Positions 20,929 to 31,343 are shown, counted from the whole stretch's first letter. The stretch: 61,795 nt of DNA, filler included, from Bacteroidales bacterium (GCA_035389045.1; 2 parts of 2 records of this genome joined end to end with filler, not necessarily neighbours in it), one strand, 5' to 3'. Program-made: numbers and translations. Notes: a model not told the origin generated them from the letters alone.

Positions 20929-21741
20929 ATGGGTAAAGTAATTGCAATTGCCAATCAAAAAGGCGGAGTAGGAAAAACAACTACGGCCATCAACCTGAGC
21001 GCCAGTATGGCAGTGCTTGAATACAAGACACTACTTATTGACGCTGATCCTCAGGCAAATGCTACTTCCGGTGTTGGTTTTGATCCGAAAAACATTAAAA
21101 CAAGTATTTACGAGTGTATTATTGAGGACGTTGAACCGAAAAACATCATCCTGAATACCAGTACGCCGAACCTTGATTTGTTGCCCGCCCACATTGACCT
21201 CGTCGGCGCAGAAATTGAACTGATCAACCAGCCGCACCGCGAAAAAATGATGCGCAAAGTCATCAGCAAGATTAAGGATAGCTATGATTTTATCATTATC
21301 GACTGCTCCCCTTCGCTCGGACTTATCGTTGTGAACTCTTTAGCAGCGGCTGATTCCGTCATCATTCCCGTACAATGCGAGTATTTTGCACTGGAAGGCC
21401 TTGGGAAACTGCTCAATACCATTAAAATAGTTCAGTCGCACATGAATCCCGATTTGGACATAGAAGGTATTCTGCTGACTATGTACGATCAGCGCCTGCG
21501 TTTATCCAACCAGGTGGTGGAAGAAGTGAAAACACATTTTCAGCAGATGGTGTTCAACACGATTATACAGCGCAATACCAAACTGGGTGAAGCGCCCAGC
21601 TTCGGAGAAACCATCATTATGTATGATGCGGAGAGCAAGGGCGCTGTTAACTATCTAAACCTTGCCAGGGAGATACTCCAGAAAAACGAAATGACCAAAA
21701 TCAAACAAAGCGATAAAATAATCAATACCGAAAATGACTAA
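20929..21741 (+). CDS. parA: Chromosome partitioning ATPase ParA/Soj
   Basis: NQKGGVGKTT deviant Walker A, DADPQANAT, PVQCEYFALEG and EAPSFG. Confidence 0.96.
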   Translation: MGKVIAIANQKGGVGKTTTAINLSASMAVLEYKTLLIDADPQANATSGVGFDPKNIKTSIYECIIEDVEPKNIILNTSTPNLDLLPAHIDLVGAEIELINQPHREKMMRKVISKIKDSYDFIIIDCSPSLGLIVVNSLAAADSVIIPVQCEYFALEGLGKLLNTIKIVQSHMNPDLDIEGILLTMYDQRLRLSNQVVEEVKTHFQQMVFNTIIQRNTKLGEAPSFGETIIMYDAESKGAVNYLNLAREILQKNEMTKIKQSDKIINTEND

Positions 21742-22624
21742 TAAAAAGAGAAGTACTGTTATCGGAAGAGGCCTGAGTTCATTGCTCGAAAGCCCTGAAA
21801 CAGATATTACCACCAAGGGCGATGTTATGGGAAAATATGTGGCCGGTTCGGTGGCTGAAGTCAGCATAGTTCAGATTGAAGCCAATCCTTTCCAGCCCCG
21901 CGACAAGTTCGACGAAGATGCGCTGAATGAACTCGCCGAATCCATAAAACTGCATGGACTTATACAGCCGGTGACATTACGTAAATTAGGTTTCGACAAA
22001 TATCAGCTCATCACGGGGGAACGCCGTTTCAGGGCAGCACAGATCGCCGGCCTGGAACAAATACCTGCCTATATCCGCATTGCCGATGATGAGCAAATGC
22101 TGGAATGGGCGCTGATCGAAAATATACACCGCGAAGACCTTAATCCTATTGAAATAGCCTTGTCGTACCAACGCCTCGTTGATGAATGTAACCTTACCCA
22201 GGCGGAATTAAGTGACAAAGTTCAGTCAAAGCGTTCGACAGTAACAAATTATCTGAGGTTGCTCAAACTCCCCGACCTGATACAAAAAGCGCTGAAGGAT
22301 AATAAACTCAGCATGGGTCATGCACGGGCCATTGCAGGTATTGAAGAGCACGACAGGCAACTGCGGATTTTTAACATGATTATTGAAAAGGAACTGTCCG
22401 TCCGCGAAGTGGAAAAACTCGCCAAAGAAACTGCGACTGAAAAAACAAAAAAACCAAAATCTGATACCGATGTGCCTTATAAAATCATAGAGATCAAAAA
22501 AATACTTACCGACCGTATCCAGGCGCCTATTGACATCAAATACCGTAAGAAAGGCAAAGGAAGCATTGTTATCTCTTTCAAATCTGATGATGAACTGAAT
22601 AAGATCATCGCAAGATTGAAATAA
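21734..22624 (+). CDS. parB: Chromosome partitioning protein ParB/Spo0J
   Basis: GRGLSSLL, NPFQPR, GERRFRA, ENIHREDL and HTH RSTVTNYLRLL; overlaps parA. Confidence 0.96.
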   Translation: MTNKKRSTVIGRGLSSLLESPETDITTKGDVMGKYVAGSVAEVSIVQIEANPFQPRDKFDEDALNELAESIKLHGLIQPVTLRKLGFDKYQLITGERRFRAAQIAGLEQIPAYIRIADDEQMLEWALIENIHREDLNPIEIALSYQRLVDECNLTQAELSDKVQSKRSTVTNYLRLLKLPDLIQKALKDNKLSMGHARAIAGIEEHDRQLRIFNMIIEKELSVREVEKLAKETATEKTKKPKSDTDVPYKIIEIKKILTDRIQAPIDIKYRKKGKGSIVISFKSDDELNKIIARLK

Positions 22625-22632
22625 GACATATC

Positions 22633-23274
22633 ATGCCCCGCCGTTTTCTGAAATATCCGCTGCTTCTGATTCTTCTTTTTTCTTCTTTTTTTTCTAAGGC
22701 TCAGTTTACCCCTGCCGACAGTGTTTCAAAGGATACACTCACAATGAGCAAAGTTAACAAAGAGATAAAGGCACGGCAAAAACATCATGACGAGGCGGAC
22801 ACCTCCGGGCTTAAACTTCATTCTCCGAAGAAAGCCGCATGGATGTCGGCTGCATTGCCGGGTTTAGGACAAATCTATAACAAAAAATACTGGAAAGTAC
22901 CTGTTATTTATGTTGGCTTCGGGGTCATCGGTTACCTGGGGTATAATTATTATACAAAGTTTAATAAATACAAAGATTCCTATTTGTTCAGGGCAGGGCT
23001 GGATACCGCAGTTACCGACTTTTTCCCGGAGATATTATCTAAGGACATCCTTTATGAAAACTGGAATTATTACCGGAGAAATTTTGAGCTGACCTGTATC
23101 GTCGGCAGCCTGTTCTATATTCTTAACATCATAGATGCGTCGGTGGACGGGCATTTGTATAAATTCGATATTTCGGATGACCTTTCACTGAAAATCGAAC
23201 CGGATATGAATTCTCTTTCGTATTTCGGAGGCCGGAATGTTACCGGGGGGGTAAAACTTTCGTTGAAGTTTTGA
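22633..23274 (+). CDS. DUF5683 membrane protein
   Basis: SPKKAAWMSAALPGLGQIYNKKYWK and NIIDASVDGHL motifs; follows parB as usual in Bacteroidota. Confidence 0.9.
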   Translation: MPRRFLKYPLLLILLFSSFFSKAQFTPADSVSKDTLTMSKVNKEIKARQKHHDEADTSGLKLHSPKKAAWMSAALPGLGQIYNKKYWKVPVIYVGFGVIGYLGYNYYTKFNKYKDSYLFRAGLDTAVTDFFPEILSKDILYENWNYYRRNFELTCIVGSLFYILNIIDASVDGHLYKFDISDDLSLKIEPDMNSLSYFGGRNVTGGVKLSLKF

Positions 23275-23296
23275 AAATTTAAGTTATCCGAAATTT

Positions 23297-23725
23297 CTAT
23301 TGATCTTTTTCTCTAGTCAGATCAAACAATTCCCATGTACGTTTTTTCTGATCAATAAAAGCATTTTTAAAATTAACGTAAGGCTTATCATTTTCACACT
23401 GCCTGAATTTTCCAATTAACAGGAATTGATTCAAGGGAGATTTCTGCTTTTTTTCAGGTGTTTCCCGCATGAATACACTGTTGTAGTTATTCACTGAAAT
23501 ATATAAAATTATCACTGTGTCTTCCAGATTTCCTTTACAAACTTCAAGAATCCTGCACTTATATACATCGCCCCACCCTATACTTCCTGTATATTTTGCA
23601 GTAAACCTTATGACCAGTTGCGAAGTATCAATTATTTCATCCTCCGCCATTGCTTTTTTTACGGAACCTCCGGTAAAGAATATTGCAAGAAATGTCAGGA
23701 GAAAAATTGCAGTTTTATTTTTCAT
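23297..23725 (-). CDS. Exported hypothetical protein
   Basis: 142 aa with a signal peptide ending AMA. Confidence 0.65.
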   Translation of the reverse strand: MKNKTAIFLLTFLAIFFTGGSVKKAMAEDEIIDTSQLVIRFTAKYTGSIGWGDVYKCRILEVCKGNLEDTVIILYISVNNYNSVFMRETPEKKQKSPLNQFLLIGKFRQCENDKPYVNFKNAFIDQKKRTWELFDLTREKDQ

Positions 23726-23763
23726 AATGATCGGCTGATTACCAATTATGATGCCTGATCTAA

Positions 23764-24885
23764 TTATTCAATAATAAATTTTCGTGTTACACTTTCTTTG
23801 TCAGTGATCACTCTTGTCAAATATATCCCGCTTGTCAGGTTTTCTACATTTACTATTGTTTCGGAAACTGAGGTATAAACTGTCTTAAGTAGTTGCCCTT
23901 CGAAATTCAGAATTTCTATTGTTGAATTTTGGGGTGCCCTGATTGAAAGGTACTCTGTGGCTGGATTGGGGAAGACATGAATTATCGGAGAATTGTTTTT
24001 CACATCTTCTATACCTGCCGGATCCCAGCCGGCCAGCCAGGCCCATAACCACCAGGCGGCATAAGCTTTTTGATTGGCATTGAGCGGCTCCGAATGCTGA
24101 GAAGTGCAATTATACCAGTCAACATCCACTGTGTGGGCATTTTGCCATTCCTGAGCCCAGTTACCAAGATAATCTCCTCCGGCAGAATAGTAATCGCAGT
24201 TATCATTGGCATGATCGTAATACGTACTGTCGGGGTCCCAACTCTCAATATCTGCAAAATCGTAAAGTATCTTATTATTGTTGATGCAATAATCTCTAAT
24301 TAACTGGTTGGCAGCCTTGTTATTAGCTTCATCCCAGTAATCCAGGTGGCCCGTCATATAAATGAATTTTATGCCAAAATATTCGGTTTCCAGTTGGGAC
24401 ATCGGGGTGAAGTATTCACTGTCGAGCGTACCTGCGGTGTATTTCTCTTCCACCTGGCCACACCATGACCATACGATAACGTTGACATCAGCATTGGCGC
24501 CTGTGCCCCTGCCCGTGGCTGGATTCACGGTACCGAGATAATCATGGGTATTATCCACCCAATCAGGATAATAGCCGACATCACCATCCATGGCATAATC
24601 ATGCAGATCCAACGCCCCTCCCGTTCCGTCGTTATTCCAGTCATAAAGATCTGTGGTATGGCCCAGCCCGTTCATAAAGGCAACCAGGCCTGTCATTCCA
24701 TCGGTCAGCTGACTGCCATGTGAGGTATGGCCATATGCAATATGCAGGTTTTGTTTGGCGGCTGTTATGGCCGGTTCAGGAATATGGTTTATTCGGGTAC
24801 AGCTATGATCAACAACAATACCTTGCGAAAAAGCCTGAAATGTAACATACATTGTCAGCGAAAAAAAGATCATTGCAGTTTTCAT
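23764..24885 (-). CDS. T9SS type A CTD protein with an uncharacterised alpha/beta enzyme-like domain
   Basis: Signal peptide AFS/Q; YGHTSHGSQ, WSWCGQ, YMTGHLD and DFADIES motifs; CTD VFPNPA..LTSGIYL..RKFIIE. Confidence 0.85.
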   Translation of the reverse strand: MKTAMIFFSLTMYVTFQAFSQGIVVDHSCTRINHIPEPAITAAKQNLHIAYGHTSHGSQLTDGMTGLVAFMNGLGHTTDLYDWNNDGTGGALDLHDYAMDGDVGYYPDWVDNTHDYLGTVNPATGRGTGANADVNVIVWSWCGQVEEKYTAGTLDSEYFTPMSQLETEYFGIKFIYMTGHLDYWDEANNKAANQLIRDYCINNNKILYDFADIESWDPDSTYYDHANDNCDYYSAGGDYLGNWAQEWQNAHTVDVDWYNCTSQHSEPLNANQKAYAAWWLWAWLAGWDPAGIEDVKNNSPIIHVFPNPATEYLSIRAPQNSTIEILNFEGQLLKTVYTSVSETIVNVENLTSGIYLTRVITDKESVTRKFIIE

Positions 24886-25007
24886 AAATAATTATTTTAT
24901 ATGAATTATACTCCTTGTTTTATTGATTGTAAATATACAATTTTTTTGTGAAAAGGTCAATGATTCCTTTGCCTTATTTGTGTTAATTTCAGGTTTTATT
25001 AAATATT

Positions 25008-25763
25008 ACACCCGGTTCGGCGAAGGTTCTACCTTCGTCGAAACAATACTAACAGGCTCTGCCTGTGACAAAGCAATAATTTCTTGTTCGAAAATATGCA
25101 ATTTAAAAAATTCCGGATTTTGCAAAAAAATGCACGCGTTGCGAACGCGCGCGTACAAGGGATTGTAAATGTGATACGATAAATAAATTTTTTAGTGCGA
25201 AGTTACAAACTTCGCACAACGAGGCTGCGCCATATAATATTTGAACACATTATTAAACCGGAACACCCGGTTCGGCGAAGGTTCTACCTTCGTCGAAACA
25301 ATACTAACAGGCTCTGCCTGTGACAAAGCAATAATTTCTTGTTCGAAAATATGCAATTTAAAAAATTCCGGATTTTGCAAAAATGCACGCGTTGCGAACG
25401 CGCGCGTACAAGGATTTTGCAAAAAAATGCACGCGTTGCGAACGCGCGCGTACAAGGGATTGTAAATGTGNNNNNNNNNNNNNNNNNNNNNNNNNNNNNN
25501 NNNNNNNNNNNNNNNNNNNNNNNNNNNNNNNNNNNNNNNNNNNNNNNNNNNNNNNNNNNNNNNNNNNNNNTTTGCAAAAAAATGCACGCGTTGCGAACGC
25601 GCGCGTACAAGGGATTGTAAATGTGGATACGATAAATAAATTTTTTAGTGCGAAGTTACAAACTTCGCACAACGAGGAGGCTGCGCCACGCACAACGAGG
25701 CTGCGCCATATAATATTTGAACACATTATTAAACCGGAACACCCAGCGAAGCATCGCTGTGTG
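25008..25763. repeat. Cluster of REP-like palindromes within a 255-bp direct repeat spanning an assembly gap
   Basis: Unit at 25008 repeats at 25263 and partly at 25571; hairpins at 25016-25042, 25052-25066, 25132-25152, 25195-25217 and 25740-25763. Confidence 0.85.
25471..25570. other. Assembly gap (100 N)
   Basis: Run of N. Confidence 1.
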
Positions 25764-25932
25764 ATATTGACACCCGGCTATGTAAAAAAACAAAGGAATG
25801 AATGTGATGATATTATAGCGGATCGTTCTTTGTATAGCATTTCACCTAAGAATGCCCCTCAAGATGCCACAGTTCAACAAAAAATTGAGCAAAACAATTG
25901 TCATCAAACTCACGCAGGAAGCCGATACGTTT

Positions 25933-27366
25933 TTAAATTTTTACAAATTTCGCCTGAAGCAGAACCTTGTCATTTTTATCCAAAGCCAGAATGAAGTAGG
26001 TACCGGCTACAAAACCCTCCAGATCAATGGTTTTAAAAGCGGTATTCATTGTAAATTTATTGAGCAGACGATTGGACATATCAAAAATTTTGATAACGAA
26101 TGTATTTTCGTTCCCCGGAACCTGAACATTAATTTTCTCATTTGCCGGGTTAGGAAAAATATCGAAATATGAAGTATGGCCGGCATCCGGGACCGAAGCG
26201 TTATTCTGTTTCATGATATCAACAATCAGGCCTTCAATGACGGTCATCCCATAGGGCATTTCGTCGGGAAGCAGATACCATCCGTTGCTTGAGCCTCCCC
26301 AGCCAAAATTGACATGAAAATAGCCGTCGGTGTTATAGCCATCTACTACAACATTATGGCCGGAACTGTTCGATTCATCGACAATTGCCAGATGTGCCGG
26401 AAGTGAATCTTTCATATTCTGGATGAGACGGGAATACAGGGCTGTATCGGTGTTCATGAGCAATTCCACGGTATTGCAGCCGAACCTGTGATAAGCATCC
26501 AGTGCCTGGCTGACACCGAATGTCCCTGAACCTGCCGAAGTATATACCTGCCTGGCTGCCACCCCGCAGGCAAACGACAATGCTGCTTTATCCTGGTTGG
26601 TGAGTGTGATATTATGCTGATAATGTAAATTAAGGGTATCAAGATATTCATTAAGCTGTGCGAAAGACGGGAAACCGTGTAAACTGTAATCATCGTCTAT
26701 CAAAAAATTACGACCGGCATAATTATGATGATAATCATCGGCGTCATTGAAAAGGGTATTGTTGGTTGATTTATGATAATTGAGAATTTGTGCCATGGCG
26801 GTGGCCGGACATCCGACATAACTTCTGGCTGAGGTTACCGGATCGACAGGACACATCTGATTGTACGGAGCATTTTGTGTCCAGTTGGTTTCGAGCCATC
26901 CTCCGGTAGAAGTAGACCCTGCGGGAGGCCATTGCTGCGACAAGGCAGTGAGTTTTTCCGGGTTATAAATCAAGGCTTCCCACTGTCTTTTTATGTTTTC
27001 TATTGTTTGGGCCTGCTGTTTTTCCTTGTTTTCCAGACGTTTCCCGATATCATATTTCAGGATACTGAGGAAAGTTCCTTCAGCATCCAGATTTTCATCA
27101 AAAGAATAGGCAATCACCGGGGGCAGGTCATCATCGGCAGCAATGATCACATAACCCTTTGGGTTGAGCGTTGCCGCATAAAAAAACAGCATGTTTTCAC
27201 CCCAGACATCCGTTATACCTCTGACCGAAAACTCATTTCCCTGTCCTGAACGGGCTATGAATGCATCAGCAACTTTGGCAGCAATTTCTGAAGTTACCGG
27301 TTCTGAATATGCGAACGGATGAGCTATCATTAAGCATTGTAATAATAATAATATTTTTATATTCAT
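25933..27366 (-). CDS. C10-family (streptopain/SpeB-like) cysteine peptidase with propeptide and T9SS type A CTD
   Basis: WTQNAPYN, catalytic GCPATAMAQ, GHNVVVDGY, HVNFGWGG; propeptide GYVIIAADD; CTD IFPNPA..AGTYFI..KFVKI. Confidence 0.93.
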   Translation of the reverse strand: MNIKILLLLQCLMIAHPFAYSEPVTSEIAAKVADAFIARSGQGNEFSVRGITDVWGENMLFFYAATLNPKGYVIIAADDDLPPVIAYSFDENLDAEGTFLSILKYDIGKRLENKEKQQAQTIENIKRQWEALIYNPEKLTALSQQWPPAGSTSTGGWLETNWTQNAPYNQMCPVDPVTSARSYVGCPATAMAQILNYHKSTNNTLFNDADDYHHNYAGRNFLIDDDYSLHGFPSFAQLNEYLDTLNLHYQHNITLTNQDKAALSFACGVAARQVYTSAGSGTFGVSQALDAYHRFGCNTVELLMNTDTALYSRLIQNMKDSLPAHLAIVDESNSSGHNVVVDGYNTDGYFHVNFGWGGSSNGWYLLPDEMPYGMTVIEGLIVDIMKQNNASVPDAGHTSYFDIFPNPANEKINVQVPGNENTFVIKIFDMSNRLLNKFTMNTAFKTIDLEGFVAGTYFILALDKNDKVLLQAKFVKI

Positions 27367-27367
27367 A

Positions 27368-29245
27368 TTATTTTATATTATAGATATTATCTGATGGATT
27401 AATGTCGGGGATGTTTTCGTTGCCTAAGCGGACTGTTGTAACTTTATCCGGAATATCTCTTGTAATGATAATGTTGTCTTTTCCATCTTTCCAATGGTTT
27501 GCCGGAACATCATAACCGATATTGTTTCCACCGGCAGTGATGAATTCGAGGTGGACGGGCAATGGAAGGTTGCCTGAATTCTTTATTTCGACCGAACACC
27601 TCCCCTTTTCGCAGTTCACAGAAGAAATAGTCAGGTCAGGAGAACCCTGTTTGAAATACCATGCGTTCCAGAACCAGCTAAGGTTTTGCCCAGACACCGT
27701 ATTAAAGGTGTTAAAGAAATCCCATGGTGTCGGGTGTTTGTATTTCCAGTCTTCCATGAATGTCTGCAGGCATTTAAGAAAAACCTCTTCGCCTAACTGC
27801 ATCCTGAGCAACCTCAGTATCTGTTCGGCTTTTCCATAGTTAAGAATAAAATATATATCCCTGGTAAGGTAATTGGTGGGCGTCATCACAGCTGGTTCAA
27901 ATTCGTTGCCGGCAAACAATGAATAGACGTAAGTAGTATAGGGCGCAACATCTTTTGAAGGTTCTATTTCTTTTTGAAGCTGTTCAGGCAAAAAAACAGC
28001 CATACTTTCGTCCATCCATCCGTAGCGGGTTTCATTTGTACCGACATAGAACGGGAAATAGGTATGCGTAATTTCATGTGAATGAGCATATACTGTTTCT
28101 CCCCTGTCAATAAAAGTGCCCACATTGGTCATCATGGGGTATTCCATCCCGTCGGAACCGTCAAAAATACTCATGCAGGGAAAAGGGTAAGGAATACCCG
28201 GTAGTTTTTCTGATAAGAAACGGATGGTTTTCTGTGCTATCACCATAGCTTCTTTATAATCAGTGTGTTCTGCATTATATGCCGTCTGGATGAATACCTT
28301 TTTCCGGCCTGCTCCGGCATCTATGCTGCAGGCCTCCCAGACATAATGATCGCTGAGGGCAAAAGCAAAATCGCTTACCTGATCCGCTTTATACTTCCAT
28401 GTATTCCATGAAGCTTTTGTCGTCACATTACCTTTAAGGTAATCTCCGGTATGAGCAATAGCAAGAGGTTCTGACGAGTTCATTGCTTTCTGATAAGCGG
28501 CCAAACAGGATTCGGTCAGCACTTCCCCGGGGTTTGATAACATTCCCGTCGCCCATACCACATAATTACCGGGAACAGTGATCGCCACGTCGAAAGTGGC
28601 AAAATCGTTGTAAAATTCACTGAGTCCGTTATAATCATGTGTATCCCAACCGCCTATATCATCATAAACGGCGATCTGAGGGTACCACTGACCGATAAAG
28701 AATGCCGAAGAATCGTATTGTCCCATCCGTATCTGTGTTTTTGAGGGAACGCTGAAGCTCCATACGATGCTGATTTTGGTCCGGGATGCCGGTTTCAATG
28801 CATCATTAAGGTTGATGAACATATTGGTTCCGCTTCGGTGGATTTGCCGGTCAGCAGCATCTAATGAAATGACTTTATCATTGTTCATAACACTCCTGAT
28901 GACCACCCCGTCGGTGAGGTCATCAGCATTTACATCGAGAATTCTGGATGTTCCTTTTTTAAACAGATCCTGATAAAGTCTTACGACAATTTTTTTCAGT
29001 GTATCCGGACTGTTGTTATAGTATATAATTTCTTCCTTTCCTTCAACAATACCGGTTTCAGGCCAAAATTGCACTTGTATTTCATAATCGGATTTGTTCT
29101 GCCAGTAGTTTTTACCTGGCTTACCATCAGCAGACCTTGTTCCTGAAAGATATGCCTGCCTGACCTCCCTGTTGACAAACAGTTCATCCTGGGCAAACGC
29201 AATACCGGTATACACCCAGATCCACATAAGAAGGATTTTTTTCAT
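27368..29245 (-). CDS. M1-family zinc aminopeptidase, exported
   Basis: DGMEYP, HEITH..WMDES and NYGK motifs; signal peptide from MKKILL (29245) ending AFA/Q. Confidence 0.92.
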   Translation of the reverse strand: MKKILLMWIWVYTGIAFAQDELFVNREVRQAYLSGTRSADGKPGKNYWQNKSDYEIQVQFWPETGIVEGKEEIIYYNNSPDTLKKIVVRLYQDLFKKGTSRILDVNADDLTDGVVIRSVMNNDKVISLDAADRQIHRSGTNMFINLNDALKPASRTKISIVWSFSVPSKTQIRMGQYDSSAFFIGQWYPQIAVYDDIGGWDTHDYNGLSEFYNDFATFDVAITVPGNYVVWATGMLSNPGEVLTESCLAAYQKAMNSSEPLAIAHTGDYLKGNVTTKASWNTWKYKADQVSDFAFALSDHYVWEACSIDAGAGRKKVFIQTAYNAEHTDYKEAMVIAQKTIRFLSEKLPGIPYPFPCMSIFDGSDGMEYPMMTNVGTFIDRGETVYAHSHEITHTYFPFYVGTNETRYGWMDESMAVFLPEQLQKEIEPSKDVAPYTTYVYSLFAGNEFEPAVMTPTNYLTRDIYFILNYGKAEQILRLLRMQLGEEVFLKCLQTFMEDWKYKHPTPWDFFNTFNTVSGQNLSWFWNAWYFKQGSPDLTISSVNCEKGRCSVEIKNSGNLPLPVHLEFITAGGNNIGYDVPANHWKDGKDNIIITRDIPDKVTTVRLGNENIPDINPSDNIYNIK

Positions 29246-29360
29246 GCGTATGAATTTGGGTGTAAATTTAATCAAATATGATTGGCTGGCTCTTGATTAT
29301 AAAGATTTAACAGATTTGCTGAAAAAACTTTTTTTATGAACACGCAATCAGGCTGAATAT

Positions 29361-31078
29361 TTACCTGTATAATGGATTATTATTTTCCTGATACCTGGAA
29401 ATAAGTGATTGATAATCTTTTTTGGAAAATTTAAACAGATAATAATTGTTTACCTGCTGAGGGTAATAATTTTCATTCTTTAATTTGCGCCAGGCTTCAT
29501 CATTAAGGGTTTCATCAGATATAAAAATATTTATAACAGCCTTATCAGGAAGATCAGTAACAGGTATTTCATCAAAAGAGGAGACATGATAAATCCATTT
29601 CCTTGATAATTCATAATACAGATACAGATCCTGAGGCATTTCGTTTTTCAGATACATATGCGGAGGCTCCTCTTTATAATCGGGGGAATAAACTACATCG
29701 TAAAAATCAGTATTGTTTTTAATAAACAAAGCAATTTTATGCTCTTCGTGGCTGATACTGGTTTTATAAAAATCCATTGCAATGCTTTTTATCCAGGTGA
29801 AAAAGATAATGAGTATAGCCGTGGCAAATATCAGCCAGACACCTGAACATTTTTTACCAAAATTTTCTATTTTATCCTGAAATTTAATGTAAATCAAACA
29901 AAAGAAGGTGAACAAGATAAAAACAAAAACGAGATTATACTTTAATAGTGACCAATTATGTGTAAATGCATGATTCGGAAACGTGATGGTATGCATTACA
30001 CACGAAAAAACTATGATACTCAGAAAACGGACGATCATGCGGATTTTTTTGTCGGCAATAACCTTAAAAAGGAAAAATATACACACCAAGAACGTAATCA
30101 CTAAAATTGGCACAAAAAAACATGAAAAATCCTCACAAAAACGGCCCCAAAGTGTACCCAGAAATTCACCATTATCCCCGGAGATACTGGTTCTTTGCAA
30201 AAATTTATTTAATAACTGATCCCGGTTAATGGGGCTGGCATAAAACTGTAAAATATACAAAGACACAGCTGCAAATGTACTTAAAATCCACGCCCATGTA
30301 TTCGATAATAATTTATATATAATCGTTTTATTTGGATATTCCTTAAAAGTATGAATAACTCTAAAAATTATTGCGAAGAACAAAATAAACCAGAAATAAT
30401 AATCCGTCAATATTCCATAAAATACAAGCAGACACGACAGAATCTCTAATAAAATTTTGATTGTTCTGCGTCTGATGGTGCAGATCAAAAATTCAGCAAG
30501 TATAAAAATGACCGATACTAATATGATAGCCTGATCTGTAAAAAACTCATTTCTCATAAATAAGTAATTAAGCGGGAGATAAGCCCACAGGCAGGCCAGT
30601 ATGATTGGAACGGAAATTTTTAATAAGCGGGATTTTATTTGGATGAAATGCAGGACGCTGTATAACAGCAGGCTCAAAAATAATACAGACAGGTAAAACT
30701 CAAAGATTAAAAAGTATTTGATCGTATAAACTGAGGCTTCCCTCACTCCTCTGATTTTCTCAATTACATACAAGGGTACTAAATACCCGGGAGGATAAGA
30801 TATATAAATATTGTTATCTATTTCTTTTTTACCGATTTCAACAGAGGGATAAAGATTATTTAAGAGGAATTTGTTTTTTATTGCTCCATCCTTCAACCAA
30901 TTATTGAGGAAACAAAGCGAAATATGCGTATTAAATTCACACCAGCCGAAATCAGTTTTCTGCGTGTCAACCAATTGGTCTTTATGCATTGGAACAATGG
31001 CCACCACGCCAATAACAAAAAATGGCTCACGTAAAATTTATGGGGAGAAGTATTATTTTTGGCGGCAAAAACAATTAA
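29361..31078 (-). CDS. Multi-pass membrane protein resembling GT-C-fold glycosyltransferases; 5' end uncertain at the gap
   Basis: Many hydrophobic helices, YISYPPG loop, C-terminal soluble domain; AT-rich; ORF-track start (31007) lies just inside the gap edge. Confidence 0.6.
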
Positions 31079-31178
31079 NNNNNNNNNNNNNNNNNNNNNN
31101 NNNNNNNNNNNNNNNNNNNNNNTTAATTAATTAANNNNNNNNNNNNNNNNNNNNNNNNNNNNNNNNNNNNNNNNNNNN
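31079..31178. other. Artificial contig linker (44 N + TTAATTAATTAA + 44 N)
   Basis: Central 12-mer gives TAA stops in all six frames; total length exactly 100 nt. Confidence 0.95.
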
Positions 31179-31180
31179 CA

Positions 31181-31306
31181 CAGGTGAGCGGCAAATATTC
31201 GGTCGTATTTTCGCAACATAACCTGCCGGCCGGTATGTACACCTTCAAACTTGAATTTTCCGGTACTAAAGTATCCAAATGCATGGTATTAAAACTAATC
31301 CATTAA
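31181..31306 (+). CDS. 3' fragment of a T9SS type A CTD protein, truncated by the gap and absent from the ORF track
   Basis: Translates as QVSGKYSVVFSQHNLPAGMYTFKLEFSGTKVSKCMVLKLIH*, with the LPAGMY CTD motif. Confidence 0.8.
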   Translation, partial: QVSGKYSVVFSQHNLPAGMYTFKLEFSGTKVSKCMVLKLIH

Positions 31307-31343
31307 GGAAATGGCCTGTGATTAGTAATTTTTTGAATTGCTT

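Noticed and set aside
20929..22624. parA/parB as a plasmid or prophage marker
   Set aside because: They are chromosomal Soj/Spo0J types in the usual DUF5683 context, and no integrase, rep or phage genes are in the window.
24923..25994. ORFs across the repeat/gap region (for example 25383-25994 and 25192-25587), and a possible CRISPR reading of the repeats
   Set aside because: The ORFs are translations of palindromes and N runs. The sequence between repeats is itself duplicated rather than forming unique spacers, and there are no cas genes.
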